Source of the DNA: an uncultured Candidatus Rokubacteria bacterium
Lineage (GTDB): Bacteria; Methylomirabilota; Methylomirabilia; Rokubacteriales; CSP1-6
Direction of reading: 5' to 3'
Assembly: GCA_963789955.1 (NCBI GenBank)
Contig: CAWBMV010000034.1
Location: forward strand, 416,001-480,000
Length of the DNA stretch: 64,000 nucleotides
Part shown: in pieces, positions 40,594-50,789 of the stretch
Layout of the letters: each line of letters begins with the position of its first letter
Position numbering within the stretch: position 1 is the first letter of the stretch
Notes under the pieces: model-generated
The model's input: the letters and a program-made list of their open reading frames with translations, nothing else
What the model was told of the DNA's origin: nothing
The model's database searches: none
Translations under genes and position numbers: made by a program

Positions 40594-41739
40594 GTGAGCA
40601 TGCGGGCGTGGTTCTTCAGCGAGAACGCGTATCACCTCTTGCCCGATTCCAAGGAATACGACTCGATCCGGGTGAAGCTCCCCAACCGCTACTACGATCC
40701 CAAGATCGGCGCCGACCTCTATCACCGCTTCATCGACGAGTGGAAGATCGCCGAGGATCTCGGTCTCGAGATCATGGTGAACGAGCATCACCAGACGGCG
40801 ACCAACCTGAACCCGTCGGCGGCGGTCGTCATGGGCGCGCTCGCGCGCGACACGCGCAAGGCGCGTCTCCTGATCCTCGGCAACCCGATCGCGAACCGGC
40901 GCGAGCCGGTCCGCGTGGCCGAAGAGATGGCGATGGTCGACGTCTACTCGCGCGGGCGTCTGGAGTGCGGCTTCGTGCGCGGCGTGCCGTACGAGATGTC
41001 GGCCGGCAATCATCGGCCGACCCGGATGATGGACCGCTTCTGGGAGGCCCACGACCTGATCGTCAAGGCGTGGACCAGCCACGACGGGCCCTTCAACTGG
41101 GAGGGCAAGTACTTTCATCATCGCCAGGTGAACATCTGGCCGCGCCCGTACCAGGAGCCGCATCCGCCGATCTGGATCACCGCGCTCAGCCCCTCGAGCG
41201 CGCGCGCCGTGGGCGAGCGGGGCTACATCGTCGCGTGCTTCCTGACGGGTTTCGAGGGCACGAAGAGCGTGTTCGACTCCTATCGCGAGCGGCGCGCCGA
41301 GCTCGCGCTCTCGACCCCGGCCCTCGATCGCTTCGCCTACGCCGCGCTCGTCTACGTGGGCGACACCGACGAAGAGGGGTACGCCGGCGCGCGCAAGCTG
41401 ATGTGGTATCTCGAGTCCAACAAGGTGCCGCCGCAGTTCACGAGCCCGCCGGGGTACCACCCGCCGGCGTCCGCGGTGAACGCGATGAAAGGGACCAACC
41501 CGGGCATCTTCAAGATGTTCCAGAATCCGGCGCTCGGGCCGCTCATGGAAAACGGCCTCGTCTTCGCCGGCAACCCGGACTCGGTCTACCGCCAGATCAT
41601 GCGGATGTACGACCACGTCGGCGGCTTCGGCCACCTGCTCATCATGGGCCAGGCCGGATTCCTCGACCACGACGAGACGGTCAAGGGTATGCAGATGTTC
41701 GTCCGCGAGGTTTATCCGCGCCTCAAAGAGCTCGCGTAA
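40594..41739 (+). CDS. LLM-class flavin-dependent monooxygenase
   Basis: 'VNEHHQ', 'VAEEMAMVDVYSRGRLECGFVRG' and 'PRPYQEPHPPIW'. Confidence 0.92.
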   Translation: MSMRAWFFSENAYHLLPDSKEYDSIRVKLPNRYYDPKIGADLYHRFIDEWKIAEDLGLEIMVNEHHQTATNLNPSAAVVMGALARDTRKARLLILGNPIANRREPVRVAEEMAMVDVYSRGRLECGFVRGVPYEMSAGNHRPTRMMDRFWEAHDLIVKAWTSHDGPFNWEGKYFHHRQVNIWPRPYQEPHPPIWITALSPSSARAVGERGYIVACFLTGFEGTKSVFDSYRERRAELALSTPALDRFAYAALVYVGDTDEEGYAGARKLMWYLESNKVPPQFTSPPGYHPPASAVNAMKGTNPGIFKMFQNPALGPLMENGLVFAGNPDSVYRQIMRMYDHVGGFGHLLIMGQAGFLDHDETVKGMQMFVREVYPRLKELA

Positions 41740-41740
41740 C

Positions 41741-41907
41741 GGCGGGGCCTGAGGGGGCGGGACGCCGGGAGGGGTCGCCGCCACCACGCGGCACGCGTGC
41801 GCTGCCCCGCCTCGGCTGGGCTCCATCCCGGCGCGCGACTTCCGATGGAACTTTTCGGGAACGGGTGCGGCGACCCCTCCCGGCGTCCCGCCCCCTCAGG
41901 CCCCGCC
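41741..41907 (+). repeat. Structured element copy 2: perfect 41-bp inverted arms around the same conserved core
   Basis: 41741-41781 is the exact reverse complement of 41867-41907. The core is shared with 21879-22047. Confidence 0.85.
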
Positions 41908-41948
41908 TCCCCTCGGCGATTGAGGCAGAGCAGCTCAGGACGAGCAGC

Positions 41949-42994
41949 TCAGGACGATCTGTTCTGGAAGGCGGGCATTACTTTCTCGGCGAAGAGGTCC
42001 GAGGGAGCGGCGGGATTGGTCCTGGGTGAGGTCGCCCCAGGCGAAGGAGCAGATTACGTAGTTGGCGCCGGTGGTGTCGAGCAGGCGCGCGACCTGATCG
42101 CGCACGCGCTCCGGTGAGCCCACCAGGATCGTCTCGTGGCTGCAGCGCCGCGTCGAGGTTCACGCGCTGAGCGTAGGTCGTGTCCCCGTGGTCGGCCCAG
42201 AGCTTCACGAAGCTCGCCGCCCAGCGCGGATGCGCCGCACGGGCGATCGCGTCCGCTTCCTTGTCCGTCTCGGCGACGACCACCTGCCGGTTGATGCCGA
42301 TACGCGGGGTCGGCACGTGCGCGTTGAGCCGCCTCGGATCGTCGCGATGCGCCGGCCAGACCGCCCGGTATTTCTCCACGAAGGGGCGATAGGCCTCGGC
42401 CGGGCCGAGCCCGACGAAGTTCATGCCCTGCGACGCGGCCCAGGGCACGCTGTCGACGTTGCTCGTCGCGTACCAGAGCGGCGGATACGGGCGCTGGAGC
42501 GGCGCCAGCTCCATCGGCACGTCGTCGTAGCGGTAGTGCTCGCCACGATAGGTCAGCCGCGGGCTCGTCAGCCCCGTCACGATCACCTCGAGCGCTTCCT
42601 GGAACATCGCGCGCGTGCGCGCCGGATCGAAGCCGTGATAGCCGACCTCGTAGGGCGACACGCCGCGGCCCACGCCGAGCTCGAGCCGCCCGCCGCTCAG
42701 GTTGTCGAGCATGCAGATCTCGCCGATCAACCGGAGGGGTGAGTACAGGGGCAGCAGATAGACGAGCGGGCCCAGGCGAATGCGGCGCGTGCGCTGGGCC
42801 GCGGCGGCGAGGAACACCGACGGTGAGGGCGCCATGCCGAGCGGCGTGGCGTGATGCTCGGCCAGGTGATAGCAGAAGAACCCCGCCGCTTCCGCCTGCT
42901 CCAGGAGCTGCAGCCGATCTTCGTAGAGCTGGCCGAGCGGCCCCTGCTGCCGCCGATCGATCCAGTCGAACATGCCGAACTCTGCGGTCGCCAT
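41949..42994 (-). CDS. LLM-class flavin-dependent oxidoreductase; frameshifts near the 3' end
   Basis: 'YHLAEHHATPLG' and 'LDNLSGGRLELGVGRG'; ends 'LFAEKVMPAFQNRSS*'. Confidence 0.88.
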
Positions 42995-43043
42995 CGTTCC
43001 CTCCGGTCGGGCATTGTCGCACCGGACGGGGAGATCGTGCGGG

Positions 43044-43724
43044 TCAGCGCGTGGTCACGGCCTCGGCGCGTGCGCCCGCGGCGCCGCGGAAGCGGATCTT
43101 GTAGTAGGTGATCCAGGCCGTGATCAGGGGGACGCCGAGGGCGGTGGGCCAGAGCCAGCGTACGGTGGTCGGCAGAAAGGTGAAGTTGACGACGGAGAAG
43201 GCCGAGACCGCCGCGATGTACGAGCCCAGCATCCCGCCCATGTGCGCGAACCACCACGCACGCGGATCCGCCGGAGGCCGCGCGAACCTCGCGAGGTCGA
43301 GCCCGGCCAGCACCATGCCGAGCACGCCGAAGACCACCGGGACAACGCCGAGACGCTGCCAGCTCGGACCGGGCCGGAGGAGTCCGAGGACCGCCAGCGC
43401 CGCGCTCGCCCCAAACGTCACCAGGGCGGCCGCCCAGTCGTAGGCCGTGGCCGCGTCCCCCTGTGTCGGACGCTTGCGCGAAAGCACGCGATAGCCGGTA
43501 AACGCCAGGTAGAAGCTGAAGACCGCCAGCAGCGCCAGGAAGATCTGCGGGCGCCAGAGGGCGAGCACGACGGCGGTCGACGCGACCACCGCCATCGACC
43601 AGAAGTAGATCGTGCCCCAGCGCCGGTGCGCGCGGCCGCCCTTCACGGTGAGCATGGCCAGCGGGGCCAGCACGAGCGCGAGCATCCCGGCCGAGATGTG
43701 GATCCAGCGCAGCGCCGTGATCAA
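43044..43724 (-). CDS. Multi-pass membrane protein (DUF2306-like)
   Basis: 'WIHISAG', 'KGGRAHRRWG..Y' and 'HMGGMLGSYIAAVSAF'; 6-7 TM segments. Confidence 0.7.
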   Translation of the reverse strand: MITALRWIHISAGMLALVLAPLAMLTVKGGRAHRRWGTIYFWSMAVVASTAVVLALWRPQIFLALLAVFSFYLAFTGYRVLSRKRPTQGDAATAYDWAAALVTFGASAALAVLGLLRPGPSWQRLGVVPVVFGVLGMVLAGLDLARFARPPADPRAWWFAHMGGMLGSYIAAVSAFSVVNFTFLPTTVRWLWPTALGVPLITAWITYYKIRFRGAAGARAEAVTTR

Positions 43725-43744
43725 GGCTTCACTCGGGCGGCCGG

Positions 43745-44389
43745 CTAGTCGTCCTTTTCCAGCACGAACAGCTCACCCTGACGCCAGACGCCGGCGAAGG
43801 TGCGCCGGTGCAGCGGGCACGGCCCCCAGCGGTCGAGGGCGGCGAGATGCTCCGGGGTCGCGTAGCCCTTGTGGCGGGCGAAGCCGTACTCGGGGAAGGT
43901 GCGATCGGCCTCGAGCATGAGGCGGTCGCGCGTCACCTTCGCGATGATCGAGGCGGCCGCGACGCTCGCGCAGCGCGCGTCGCCGTCGACGAGGTTGCGC
44001 TGCGGGCAGGTGAGGTCGCGCAGCGCGACGAAGTCGGTGATGACCAGATCGGGCTCGACCGCGAGTCGGGCGACCGCCTCGGTCATCGCGAGGCGAGTCG
44101 CCTGCAGGATGTTGATGCGGTCGATCGTCTGGTGATCGACGATGCCGACGCCGACCGCGACGGCGCGCTCGCTGATGACGTGGAACAACGCCTCGCGCTG
44201 TTCGGCCGTGAGGAGCTTCGAGTCGGCCAGGCCCTTGATACGCCGTTCCGGCCCGATGATGACGGCGGCCGCGACGACCGGCCCGGCCAGCGGCCCGCGC
44301 CCCGCCTCGTCGATGCCCGCCAGCCGAGTGACGCCTGTCTTCCAGGCTCGAGCCTCGTAGTGGTAGGGCGCCGACGGGGGCGGCGTCAC
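43745..44389 (-). CDS. rnhB: Ribonuclease HII
   Basis: 'AGIDEAGRGPLAGPVV', 'DSKLL', 'AASIIAKVTRD' and 'HKGY'. Confidence 0.96.
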   Translation of the reverse strand: MTPPPSAPYHYEARAWKTGVTRLAGIDEAGRGPLAGPVVAAAVIIGPERRIKGLADSKLLTAEQREALFHVISERAVAVGVGIVDHQTIDRINILQATRLAMTEAVARLAVEPDLVITDFVALRDLTCPQRNLVDGDARCASVAAASIIAKVTRDRLMLEADRTFPEYGFARHKGYATPEHLAALDRWGPCPLHRRTFAGVWRQGELFVLEKDD

Positions 44390-44402
44390 GAGGACTCGTC
44401 GG

Positions 44403-44783
44403 TTATTCTTCGGTGGCGCCGGTGGTGGGAATGAGGGGCATGCGCTTCTCCTTGAGGCGCGCGGCCTTGCCGGCGAGCCCGCGGAGATAGTAGAGCTTCG
44501 AGCGCCGCACCCGGCTTCGCCGCGCGACCTCGACCCGCTCGATCCGGGGCGAGTGCAGCGGGAAGGTGCGCTCCACGCCGACGCCGTACGAGATGCGCCG
44601 CACCGTGAACGAAGCCCGGCCGCCCTCGCCGCGGCGCCGGATGACGATGCCTTCGAACAGCTGCAGCCGCTCCTTCTCGCCCTCGACGACCTTGACGTGC
44701 ACGCGCACGGTGTCGCCGGGCGCGAACCCCGCGCGATCTTTCTTCAGCTGAGCGGCCTCGATCAGTGCAATCGCGTCCATCAC
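44403..44783 (-). CDS. rplS: 50S ribosomal protein L19
   Basis: '[24 protein letters not shown]', '[13 protein letters not shown]' and 'KLYYLR'. Confidence 0.97.
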   Translation of the reverse strand: MMDAIALIEAAQLKKDRAGFAPGDTVRVHVKVVEGEKERLQLFEGIVIRRRGEGGRASFTVRRISYGVGVERTFPLHSPRIERVEVARRSRVRRSKLYYLRGLAGKAARLKEKRMPLIPTTGATEE

Positions 44784-44811
44784 TGCAGTCCTTTCATCGC
44801 CTCGTACCGCG

Positions 44812-45564
44812 TCATGCCGGAGAATCCATCTGCTCCGGCGTTTCCCCGCGCTCGAATCGCTCCACCAGCTTCCGCTCGTCGTCCGTCAAGCGCGCGGTCG
44901 CCAGAAGATCCGGCCGCTCGCGCCACGTGACCCAGATCGCCTGCACGCGCCGCCACCGCGCGATCCGCGCGTGGTCGCCCGAGAGCAGGACCGCCGGCAC
45001 GCGCGCGCCCCGGTAGGCCTCGGGCCGCGTGTACTGCGGCGGCTCCAGCAACCCGTCCGCGAACGACTCGCGCTCCGCGGCCCCCTCGGCGCCGAGCACA
45101 CCCGGTAACAGTCGCGTCACCGCGTCGGTCACCACCAGCGCCGGCAGCTCGCCGCCGGTCACCACGTAGTCGCCGATCGAGATCGCGTCGTCCGCGAGCT
45201 CCTCACCGACGCGCGCGTCCACGCCCTCGTAGCGTCCCGCCAGCAAGATCAGGTGCGATTCGCGCGCGAGCGCGCCCGCCACCTCGTGCGTGAACGCTCG
45301 GCCTCGCGGGTCCATGAGCACCACGCGCGCGCCCGGCGTGCGCAGCGCCTCCACTGCGGCGAAGAGCGGCTCCGGCTTCAGCACCATGCCGCCGCCACCG
45401 CCGAACTGATAGTCGTCGGTGACCCGGTGCCGACCCCCCGCGTAGTCTCGGAGATTGACCACCCGGATGTCAACGAGTCCGCGCGTCTGCGCGCGCCCGA
45501 GCATCGACTCGGCGAGCACCGGGGTGACCATCCCGGGAAACAAGGTCACGATGTCGATGCGCAT
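44812..45564 (-). CDS. trmD: tRNA (guanine37-N1)-methyltransferase
   Basis: '[12 protein letters not shown]', 'GRYEGVD', '[11 protein letters not shown]' and 'PQYTRP'. Confidence 0.97.
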   Translation of the reverse strand: MRIDIVTLFPGMVTPVLAESMLGRAQTRGLVDIRVVNLRDYAGGRHRVTDDYQFGGGGGMVLKPEPLFAAVEALRTPGARVVLMDPRGRAFTHEVAGALARESHLILLAGRYEGVDARVGEELADDAISIGDYVVTGGELPALVVTDAVTRLLPGVLGAEGAAERESFADGLLEPPQYTRPEAYRGARVPAVLLSGDHARIARWRRVQAIWVTWRERPDLLATARLTDDERKLVERFERGETPEQMDSPA

Positions 45565-45576
45565 GTGCCGCGCGTC

Positions 45577-46095
45577 CTACAGCTCGAGCAGGCCGTCCGG
45601 CGGACGGATCACGACGCGGCCCGCCGCCACGTCGACCTCGAGCACGATCTCGGCCACCGCCGGGATCAGACGCTCGCGAGCGCCGTCGCTCACCACCCAC
45701 AGGTCCTGGGCCCCCGAGTGCTCGATCCGGGTCACCCGTCCGACCTCTCGCCCGTCCTCGGTCACCACGCGGCAGCCCTCGAGCTGCCACGGATAGAACT
45801 GACCCGGCGGCAGCGGCAATGCCTCCGCCTCCGGCACCGCCAGCAGCCGCCCCACCAGCGCGCTGGCCGCGTCGACCGTGTCGCATCCCGCCAGCGAGAG
45901 CAGGACCGCGGCGCCCTGCCGGCGCGCCCCGGTGATACGACAGGGCTCGCGCGTGTCCCGCACGTGATCCCACAGGACACACTCGGTGAGCGCCTCGAAC
46001 CGCTCGGGGTGATCCGTGAGTGGCGTCACCCGCATCTCGCCGTGCAGGCCGTGGGCCCGTGTGATCTCACCGATCACCACGAGACGTTCGCCCAC
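45577..46095 (-). CDS. rimM: Ribosome maturation factor RimM
   Basis: 'IGEITRAHGLHGE', 'FY..QLEGC', 'LIPAV' and 'PPDGLL'; lies between rpsP and trmD. Confidence 0.93.
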   Translation of the reverse strand: MGERLVVIGEITRAHGLHGEMRVTPLTDHPERFEALTECVLWDHVRDTREPCRITGARRQGAAVLLSLAGCDTVDAASALVGRLLAVPEAEALPLPPGQFYPWQLEGCRVVTEDGREVGRVTRIEHSGAQDLWVVSDGARERLIPAVAEIVLEVDVAAGRVVIRPPDGLLEL

Positions 46096-46103
46096 CGCGG
46101 CCT

Positions 46104-46373
46104 CTACTTCTTGTCGGGCGCGCTCGCGATCGGCGTGTTCGGCGCGTTCGCGATCAGCCTTCGAACCGTGTTCGACGGCTGAGCGCCCTTCTTGATCCAC
46201 TCGTCCACCTTCGCCCGGTCGATCGACACCGTCGGCGGCTCGGTCAGCGGGCTGTAGTGCCCGAGCACCTCGATGAACCGGCCGTCGCGCGGTGAACGCG
46301 AGTCCGCCACCACCACGCGATAGGCCGGGCGCTTCGTCGTCCCGGTCCGTCTCAGTCGAATCGTCACTGGCAC
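46104..46373 (-). CDS. rpsP: 30S ribosomal protein S16
   Basis: 'IRLRRTG...[20 protein letters not shown]' and 'GAQPS'. Confidence 0.97.
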   Translation of the reverse strand: MPVTIRLRRTGTTKRPAYRVVVADSRSPRDGRFIEVLGHYSPLTEPPTVSIDRAKVDEWIKKGAQPSNTVRRLIANAPNTPIASAPDKK

Positions 46374-46394
46374 GTGCTCACCCCCTTCTAGTTA

Positions 46395-46447
46395 GGCTCG
46401 CCTCGGACGGCGGGGCCCCAGCCCCGCGACGTCCTGCGGCTCGCCTC
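46395..46447. repeat. Small REP-like hairpin flanked by 10-bp direct repeats between ffh and rpsP
   Basis: ggctcgcctc at 46395-46404 and 46438-46447 around ggacg-gcggggc-ccca-gccccgc-ga-cgtcc. Confidence 0.5.
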
Positions 46448-46448
46448 A

Positions 46449-47792
46449 CTACCGTGGAAATCCCGGAAGATTCTTCATGCTGCGGGGAAGTTTCCCCTCC
46501 ATGCCCTTGAACTGCCTCATGACCTTGCGGAGCTGCGCGTATTGCTTCAGGAGCCGATTCACGTCCTGCACGTTGGTGCCGCTGCCCCGTGCGATGCGCT
46601 GGCGTCGGCTGCCGTTGATGACCTCGGGATTGTGCCGCTCGCCCGGCGTCATCGAGCCGATGATCGCGTCGAACCGATCGAGATCGGCCGATTCGCCGTC
46701 GAGGTCCTTCGGCGCGCCCTTCAGCATCTTGCCGAACGGCAGCATGCCGAGGATCTGATCGAGCGGGCCCATCTGGCGGAGCTGCTTGAGCTGGTCGCGA
46801 AAATCTTCGAGCGAGAACGTGTCCTCGCGCAGCTTCTTGGCCAGCGCCTCGGCCTTGGTCTGATCGACCACCGCCTGCGCCTTCTCGACCAGCGAGAGCA
46901 CGTCGCCCATGCCGAGGATCCGCGAGGCCAGGCGATCGGGATGGAACGGCTCGAGCGCGTCGGTCTTCTCGCCCACGCCGACGAACGCGATCGGTCGCCC
47001 GGTGACGTGGCGGACGGAGAGCGCGGCGCCGCCGCGCGAGTCGCCGTCCATCTTGGTGAGGACGACCGCGTCGATCCCGACCGCCTGGTTGAACTTGTCG
47101 GCGACCGTGACGGCGTCCTGGCCGGTCATCGCGTCCACGACGAGGAGCACGTGATGCGGCGCGACCTCGCGCCGGATCGCCTGCAGCTCGCCCAGCAGCG
47201 CCTCGTCGATGTGGAGCCGGCCGGCGGTGTCGAGGATCAGCGGCGTCAGACCGCGGCTCGCCGCTTCTTCGCGCGCGGCGCGACAGATCTCGAGCGGCGT
47301 CTGCCCGGGCTCGCCGGTCACCGGAACACCGAGCTGCGCGCCGAGGGTGCGGAGCTGATCCATGGCGGCCGGCCGCTGGGTGTCGGCGGCCGCGAGCAGC
47401 GGGTGCTGTCCCTGCTTGGTGTAGAGACGCGCGAGCTTCGCCGCGGTCGTCGTCTTGCCGGAGCCCTGCAGCCCCATGAGCATGATGACCGTCGGCGGGT
47501 GGGGCGCCGTCGCCAGGCGATGCCCGCTGCCGCCGAGCAGCTCGACCAGCTCGTCGTGGACGACCTTCACGACCTGCTGCGCCGGCGTCAGCGATGTCAG
47601 GACGTCCTGCCCCACCGCCTTGTCCTTGACGCGGTCGATGAAGGCGCGGACGACCTTGAAGTTGACGTCGGCTTCGAGCAGCGCCACGCGAACCTCGCGG
47701 AGCGCCTCCTGGATGTTCTCCTCCGACAGCCGGCCGCGGCCGCCCAGCTTGTCGAAGATGGTTTGCAGTCTCGTACTCAGGGAATCGAGCAT
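46449..47792 (-). CDS. ffh: Signal recognition particle protein
   Basis: 'ALLEADVN', 'GLQGSGKTT', 'DTAGR', 'TKMDGDSRGG' and an M domain. Confidence 0.97.
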   Translation of the reverse strand: MLDSLSTRLQTIFDKLGGRGRLSEENIQEALREVRVALLEADVNFKVVRAFIDRVKDKAVGQDVLTSLTPAQQVVKVVHDELVELLGGSGHRLATAPHPPTVIMLMGLQGSGKTTTAAKLARLYTKQGQHPLLAAADTQRPAAMDQLRTLGAQLGVPVTGEPGQTPLEICRAAREEAASRGLTPLILDTAGRLHIDEALLGELQAIRREVAPHHVLLVVDAMTGQDAVTVADKFNQAVGIDAVVLTKMDGDSRGGAALSVRHVTGRPIAFVGVGEKTDALEPFHPDRLASRILGMGDVLSLVEKAQAVVDQTKAEALAKKLREDTFSLEDFRDQLKQLRQMGPLDQILGMLPFGKMLKGAPKDLDGESADLDRFDAIIGSMTPGERHNPEVINGSRRQRIARGSGTNVQDVNRLLKQYAQLRKVMRQFKGMEGKLPRSMKNLPGFPR

Positions 47793-47857
47793 GGGAACGC
47801 CCTACTTTACGGGAACATCAGGCGAAGATCAACGAGACGGCTGCGGGGGTTTGGGGA

Positions 47858-48362
47858 CTACCGGCTGCCGTTCGGGACGAACTGCATCGGCGCGACGCGC
47901 CACTGATAGATGCCGACGTTGACCTGGTCGAGGACCCAGCGCTCGGGAAGCCAGACCCCCGTCGCCGTCTGCGCGACGAAGAACCCCGGCACCTCGGCGA
48001 ACATCGTCTGGTATCGGGCGGGCACGCCTTCCGGCGTCGGCACGTATACCTGCATCGCCACGGGTTGCGGCTGCATCCAGATGAAGCGCGCGGCGTACCC
48101 GAGACCCGCGTTGGGCAGCATCGGGTGGGGGTTGTTGAAGGCGTGGGGCTCGTCGCGTGAAGGGGATCGACTCTCGCGAGCACATGGTGCCCTGCGGCAC
48201 GACCGCGAACGGCCCAGTGGGGTTCGGCCGGACGACGAACACCGGGCCCTGAGGATTGGGGATACCCAGAGACCCGGTCGTGCCGCCCACCTGCTGGGCA
48301 GCGGCCGGGCCAACCGTCCCGATCAGGAGCAGCAACAGGGTGGACACCACCACGGTCCGCAT
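47858..48362 (-). CDS. Hypothetical secreted Pro-rich protein; frameshift near 48160
   Basis: Signal peptide 'MRTVVVSTLLLLLIG...AAA' joins ORF 47858..48313. A TATACT box lies 8 nt upstream. Confidence 0.55.
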
Positions 48363-48405
48363 AGGGGTTCAGTATACCCCAACCAGGCGGCTCGGCTCCG
48401 CGACC

Positions 48406-48712
48406 TCAGTAGGCCGGGGGAGCGTACACGCGTCACGAAGAACAGCGGGGTGGGCCCCGGATTCTTCACGTAGTGGCGGGTCCGCGCGGGGATCATGACC
48501 AGCGATCCCGCCTTCGCGCGGTGCTCCTTGTCGGCGATGCGCACGAGCGCTTCACCCTCGACGACGTAGACGACCTGATCGCCCGCGTGCTCCTCCTCAG
48601 GGCCGCCGTCTTCGCCCGGCGCGATCGTCATGACCGCGGTCTGGCTGCGCTCGGTCTGCTGGAGCACCTCGAAGAACCGGCCGCGATGCGCGGGCGCGTA
48701 GACGACGTCCAT
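48406..48712 (-). CDS. Cupin domain protein; frameshift near the 3' end
   Basis: '[14 protein letters not shown]', '[11 protein letters not shown]' and 'VYAPPAY*'. Confidence 0.82.
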
Positions 48713-48716
48713 CGCG

Positions 48717-49368
48717 CTACGCTGTCGCGGCGGCGCGGATCGCACGGACCGCGGCCGCCGGATCGGCGGCGCCGAACACGGCCGAGCCGGCGACCAGGGT
48801 CGAGGCGCCGTCCTCGGCGAGCGACTTCGCGAGACCCGCCTTCACGCCGCCGTCGACCGAGACGTCGACGGGCCGGGCGCCCAGGAGCTTTCTGAGCTCG
48901 CGGATCTTCCGGTGCGCGCTCGGGATGAACGACTGGCCGCCGAAGCCGGGGTTGACCGACATCACCAGCACGAGATCGAGGTCGTCGAGGATGTACTCCA
49001 GGGCCGAGGGCGGCGTCGACCGGGTTCAGCGCGACGCCGGCTCGCGCGCCGAGCTCGCGGATGTGAGCGAGCGTGCGCTGCAGGTGCGTGCAGGCTTCGA
49101 CGTGCACCGTGACCATGTCGGCGCCGGCCGCGACGAACTCTGCGACGTAGCGCTCGGGCTCCACGATCATCAGGTGAACGTCGAGCGGGAGCCGCGTGCG
49201 CTTGCGGATCGCCGCGACCACGAGGGGCCCGATCGTGATGTTCGGCACGAATCGCCCGTCCATGACGTCGACGTGGAGCTGATCGGCGCCGCCCGCCTCG
49301 ACGCGCGCGATGTCGCTGGCGAGCGCGGCGAAGTCGGCCGAGAGGATCGACGGCGCGATCTTGATCAC
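48717..49368 (-). CDS. rpe: Ribulose-phosphate 3-epimerase; frameshift near 49020
   Basis: '[10 protein letters not shown]', '[12 protein letters not shown]', 'DVHLM', '[10 protein letters not shown]' and 'VDGG'. Confidence 0.93.
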
Positions 49369-50789
49369 GGAGTTGTTATACCCGAAACCTCGGAGCGGCG
49401 GAAGCGGACGGCGGAGAAGCCGTCCGTGCCGTGCCGGTGCGGCAGGCAGCGGAGCCAGCCGGCGGCGTCGAGCGGCAGCGGGAAGTCGTCGGGCGGATCG
49501 AGCCGGAACTCCGGCTTCGCGGCCAGGAACGCCCGCGCGACATCGTCGTTCTCCTCGGGCTCGAGTGAGCACGTGGCGTAGACGAGGCGCCCGCCGGGCC
49601 GAACCATCGCAGCCGCGGAGCCCAGGATCTCTCGCTGGCGCTGGCTCGCCAGCGCGATGTCGGACGGTTGGCGCCGCCACTTCACCTCGGGATTGCGGCG
49701 CAGCACGCCCAGGTTCGAGCACGGCGCGTCGACGAGAACGCCGTCGCACGCGGCGGAAAAATTCGGCGCCAGGCTCTCGACGGGTCCCTCGCGCGCGTCG
49801 ATGATCGAGATCCCGAGCCTGGCCGCCGCCTCGCCGACTCGCGCCAGACGCGTGGGCTCGCGATCGAACGCCAGGATACGGCCGCGGTTGTCCATGAGCT
49901 CGGCCAGATGCGTGGTCTTGGTTCCCGGTGCCGCGCAGACGTCGGCCACGGTCGCGCCGGGCTCGGGGGCCAGCAGCCGCGCGATCAGCATCGAGGCTTC
50001 GTCCTGCACGGCGAAGCCGCCGTCGACGAACGCGCGCCATTCACCCGGTGCGCCGCCCGGGCCCACGACGAGTCCCTCGGGAGCCAGGCGCGTCGGCCGT
50101 GAGTCGAGACCGTCCTCGTCCGCCAGACGCCGGCCGAGCTCGTCGCGGGTGATTCGCAGGCGGTTCGCGCGAAGGGTCAGCGGCGGGCGCTCGTTCAGCG
50201 CGCGCATCAGCGACTCGGCCTCGTCGCGGCCGTAGCGAACGACCCAGCGCTCGACGATCCACGTGGGGAAGGAACAGCGCGCCGCCAGCGCGTCGATCGG
50301 GTTGCGGGGCGGGGCCGGCTCGCGCTCGCGCGCGCCGCGGCGCGCGAACGACCGAAGGACGGCGTTGACGAAGGCGCTCACACCGGGTGATCGCGGCGCC
50401 AACGTGACCGCGTCGTTGACCGCCGCGAACGCCGGCACGCGCTCGAGGAAGGCGATCTGGTACGCGGTCATCCGTAAAAGGACGCGGACCCGCGGATCGA
50501 GCGACGGGAGCCGTCGGCGGGAGTGCGGCGCCAGGATCCAGTCGAGATAGCCCTGCCAGCGAAGCGCGCCATACACGAGCTCCGTGGCCAGCGCCGCGTC
50601 GCGAGGCTCCAGACGCCGCGAGGTCAGCTCGGCGTCCAGCGCGCTGTCGGCAAAGCTCGCGTCGGTCTCGACACGCTCGAGCACGCGCGCGGCGACGTCG
50701 CGAGCGGCCGAAGCCGGAACGGGCGCAGGGTGCGCGGTATCCGGGCGGCGGCTCCCGCTCGGCTTGCGTCCCGGGCGCGGTGCGCTCAT
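49365..50789 (-). CDS. rsmB: 16S rRNA (cytosine967-C5)-methyltransferase
   Basis: NusB-like N-terminus, 'VQDEAS', '[10 protein letters not shown]', 'DAPCS' and 'YATCS'. Confidence 0.93.
   Translation of the reverse strand: MSAPRPGRKPSGSRRPDTAHPAPVPASAARDVAARVLERVETDASFADSALDAELTSRRLEPRDAALATELVYGALRWQGYLDWILAPHSRRRLPSLDPRVRVLLRMTAYQIAFLERVPAFAAVNDAVTLAPRSPGVSAFVNAVLRSFARRGAREREPAPPRNPIDALAARCSFPTWIVERWVVRYGRDEAESLMRALNERPPLTLRANRLRITRDELGRRLADEDGLDSRPTRLAPEGLVVGPGGAPGEWRAFVDGGFAVQDEASMLIARLLAPEPGATVADVCAAPGTKTTHLAELMDNRGRILAFDREPTRLARVGEAAARLGISIIDAREGPVESLAPNFSAACDGVLVDAPCSNLGVLRRNPEVKWRRQPSDIALASQRQREILGSAAAMVRPGGRLVYATCSLEPEENDDVARAFLAAKPEFRLDPPDDFPLPLDAAGWLRCLPHRHGTDGFSAVRFRRSEVSGITTP

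Noticed and set aside
41928..41955. 14-bp tandem duplication GAGCAGCTCAGGAC x2 as a target-site duplication
   Set aside because: The copies are adjacent and do not flank the nearby element. Local slippage at a stop codon or an assembly artefact is more likely.
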